A program made the translations under genes and the position numbers. The notes beneath the pieces are model-generated. The model made no database searches. It saw only the letters and a program-made list of their open reading frames with translations, and had not been told where the DNA came from. A stretch of DNA of 64,000 nt from Oscillospiraceae bacterium (GTDB lineage: Bacteria > Bacillota > Clostridia > Oscillospirales > Oscillospiraceae), in contig CACWHX010000007.1 of assembly GCA_902760845.1 (NCBI GenBank), positions 10,050-74,049 of the forward strand, read 5' to 3'. This document shows, in pieces, positions 61,945 through 64,000 of this stretch (positions within the stretch are counted from its first letter, which is position 1; the number at the start of each line of letters is the position of its first letter).

Positions 61945-62820
61945 TCAAACCGCCTTCTCCGGCCGCGCCTTTTTCCATTCGGGATGCTCGGCGTAATATT
62001 GCTCCAGGAATGCGTCGATCTCCTCCTCGGCACGCCGCCGGGCCTTTATCGCGTCTTCCTTCCGTTCATAGCTCCCAAGGTAGGTGGTCTTGTTGCAGAA
62101 GATGATCTGGGCGCACCATTTCTGTGTTTTTTTGTGCTTGTATACGCCTGTGTACCCACTCGTGTTTCTGGGGTTGAGGTGTGTTTGGTAATATTCCAAT
62201 ATTCTCACGGAGGTTCCGTCAGACAGCCCCAGCGAGTCGCGCAGCAGCCTTCCGCGCATGCAGCCGCAGCTGCTGGTTTTTCCCGTCTCCAGAAGTGTCT
62301 GACCCACGACGGTCTCGTTGCCGCAATCGCATACGCACAGCCACCGGTGCATACCCGCGCGCTTGCCGGCATAGGCCGCCACCGTCAGCTGCCCGAAGCG
62401 GCGCCCGACAAAGTCCTTCAACGGCGGATGGGACAGACAGCCGCAGCTTTTGGTATATCCGCTTGTCAGCTGCCGCGACGGAACGCAAACCTCATTGCCG
62501 CAATCGCAGCTGCAGCGCCAGATCACATGCCCGCCGCGCGGATAGCGCTCATCGGTAGGGCTGCATACGGTCAATCTGCCGAAGCGCTGACCGGTAAGAT
62601 CCCGAATGCCCGGCTTTACGCGGGTCCTGCAGCCGCAATCCTTTGCCGTTCCACGCTGAATCAGCCGCGTATCCATCAGGGCTTCCCCGCCGCAGTCGCA
62701 TTTGCAGCGCCACACGGTATAGCCGTTTTTCCGCTGCTCCGTCGCCTCTACGACCGTCAGTCGGCCCCATTGATATCCGGGCTTGATTTGCGGTCTTCCC
62801 TTTTTCGACACGTGTCTCAC
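61945..62820 (-). CDS. AP2-domain protein with three tandem Cys4 (zinc-ribbon-like) modules
   Basis: Three repeats of (W/F)G(R/Q)LTV...W.C.CDCG(G/N)E...(S/D)CGC, then C-terminal SGYTGVYKHKKTQKWCAQIIFCNKTTYLGSYERKEDAIKARRRAEEE (AP2/ERF-like). Confidence 0.75.
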   Translation of the reverse strand: MRHVSKKGRPQIKPGYQWGRLTVVEATEQRKNGYTVWRCKCDCGGEALMDTRLIQRGTAKDCGCRTRVKPGIRDLTGQRFGRLTVCSPTDERYPRGGHVIWRCSCDCGNEVCVPSRQLTSGYTKSCGCLSHPPLKDFVGRRFGQLTVAAYAGKRAGMHRWLCVCDCGNETVVGQTLLETGKTSSCGCMRGRLLRDSLGLSDGTSVRILEYYQTHLNPRNTSGYTGVYKHKKTQKWCAQIIFCNKTTYLGSYERKEDAIKARRRAEEEIDAFLEQYYAEHPEWKKARPEKAV

Positions 62821-62925
62821 CTCATTCGCCGATGCTGCGTGAGAGGCGGCAGCGCCTATGTTCTCTGCCGCCTCTCCATATCTTATTTGCGCTGTTCGAG
62901 CCGCATGCTCGGGGCTGCGGGTTCC

Positions 62926-64000
62926 TCAGTCGCCATAGATGTAGGGCCTGTAAGCATAATGGAACCCATCGGCTGAAACAAGCAGTGTACCCCGGCTTCC
63001 GCACTGCATGACCGTTACGGGGCCGTTTTCATTGACATCCACTACGATACCCACATGATTCACCGTTGAATCCTGCACGTAGTAATAAACAATATCTCCC
63101 GGTCTGGCGTCCTCCCATGCAATGGCGTACGCATCCTTCCAGGGGCCGACGCTGCAGGTGCCCACTTCGTTTTCGGTCCGGAAGGCGTTGGCAAACGTCC
63201 AGCTCACGAAGCCGGAGCAGTCAAGACCCAGGGGCCGGCCGGTGCCATAGGTGCTGCTGCCCTCGCTGGACACCGTGCGCATTTCGCCCCAGCGGTCATC
63301 CCAACCGTAGGCAACAGACTTTCCGCCCCAGAAGTACGAGACCTTTCCGTTCAGGGCCAGGGCCGTCAGCAAAACGGCGCGCCGGGACGGGGAGAGATCT
63401 TCGGGCACAGCGGCGTAGAGAGACGCCAGCTCCTCCTCGCTGAGCCTGGAGAAAATGCTCTTGTCCACCAGCTCCTGCACGATCGAGGCACGGTCTGCAA
63501 GCTTCGCCAGCGCCGCGCGCTGCGCGTCCGTGAAATGATACTGTTCGCTTGCCTCCGCAGCGCTGAGACGCTCGATGTGAATCACCGCGCCATTTTTGTT
63601 GGACACACCCGTTACCTGGGTCATGCTCCAATAGACGGAGGCAAATTCGTCCGGATCAATCGCAACGTCATAGGGATAGCTATCTGTTTGCCCGGTGAGC
63701 ACGGCATACACCGCCAGAATGTCCGGGAAGCGATCTGTCGTGTCGCTGATTTTGATATCGCCTCTGCGGCCGAGAAGTTCGCCGACCTCGAGCACGTGCT
63801 CGTCAAGAAGCGTCTCCATACGGAACGCCGAAACAGCGGCGAGAACGTTGCCGTCCATCCAGCCCGTACCGTAACCGTCCCAGCCGGAGGGATACTCCCA
63901 CTCGTCGTTTTCTTCCTCCGTTTCCGGGATTATGACTTCGCCGATGGGCTCTTCGACCTCATCCGCAGAATCGGACGACTCCTCCGGCTGCTGCTCCGAT
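62926..64000 (-). CDS. NlpC/P60 (C40) cell-wall peptidase, 5' end beyond the window
   Basis: C-terminal GLDCSGFVSW (catalytic Cys) and NHVGIVV (His). The frame stays open from 63858 to nt 63999 and encodes an acidic E/D-rich stretch. Confidence 0.8.
   Translation of the reverse strand, partial: SEQQPEESSDSADEVEEPIGEVIIPETEEENDEWEYPSGWDGYGTGWMDGNVLAAVSAFRMETLLDEHVLEVGELLGRRGDIKISDTTDRFPDILAVYAVLTGQTDSYPYDVAIDPDEFASVYWSMTQVTGVSNKNGAVIHIERLSAAEASEQYHFTDAQRAALAKLADRASIVQELVDKSIFSRLSEEELASLYAAVPEDLSPSRRAVLLTALALNGKVSYFWGGKSVAYGWDDRWGEMRTVSSEGSSTYGTGRPLGLDCSGFVSWTFANAFRTENEVGTCSVGPWKDAYAIAWEDARPGDIVYYYVQDSTVNHVGIVVDVNENGPVTVMQCGSRGTLLVSADGFHYAYRPYIYGD

Overview
This is a high-GC (about 60% by eye), densely coding chromosomal segment from a spore-forming Firmicute. 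Assigning it to Clostridia, with gene order resembling Oscillospiraceae/Ruminococcaceae-type genomes, is inference only. I call about 75 protein-coding genes and saw no rRNA, tRNA or CRISPR array. Core content, left to right: xerD-ruvCAB, sigH, trmK-nif3, spoIVA, an aspartate-type aminotransferase, cwlD, radA, a second Xer-type recombinase, fba, PPi-type PFK, an ABC-F ATPase, rumA/rlmD, pspC, secG, rnj, recR and rpe. Next comes the conserved minus-strand block recN-argR-nadK-tlyA-dxs-ispA-xseB-xseA-nusB-asp23-spoIIIAH..AA, followed by glpK, mreB, comFC-recD2, uvrA and ybaK. There are four accessory or unusual parts. (1) A ~3.9 kb decayed integrated element sits in the 3' end of rumA (about 20259-24180). 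It carries only a C-terminal remnant of a large serine recombinase, an orphan iteron-like repeat array inside a long inverted repeat, and a consensus promoter driving a ~340-nt untranslated RNA with a 2 x 29-nt tandem repeat and its own terminator. It also holds a tail-to-tail antisense ORF pair and a membrane-anchored surface protein. (2) A low-GC XRE/TfoX-N islet lies between the spoIIIA operon and a DUF1015 gene. (3) A lipoprotein barnase, barstar and gluQ form a translationally overlapping operon. (4) An AP2-domain protein with three Cys4 repeat modules and an NlpC/P60 hydrolase run off the right edge. There is also a catalytically degenerate P-type ATPase homologue. The rumA island is the most interesting region, but it looks like a fossil, and I cannot assign a function to its repeat/RNA modules from sequence alone. 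Many long ORFs in the track are antisense shadow ORFs typical of high-GC DNA and were rejected.
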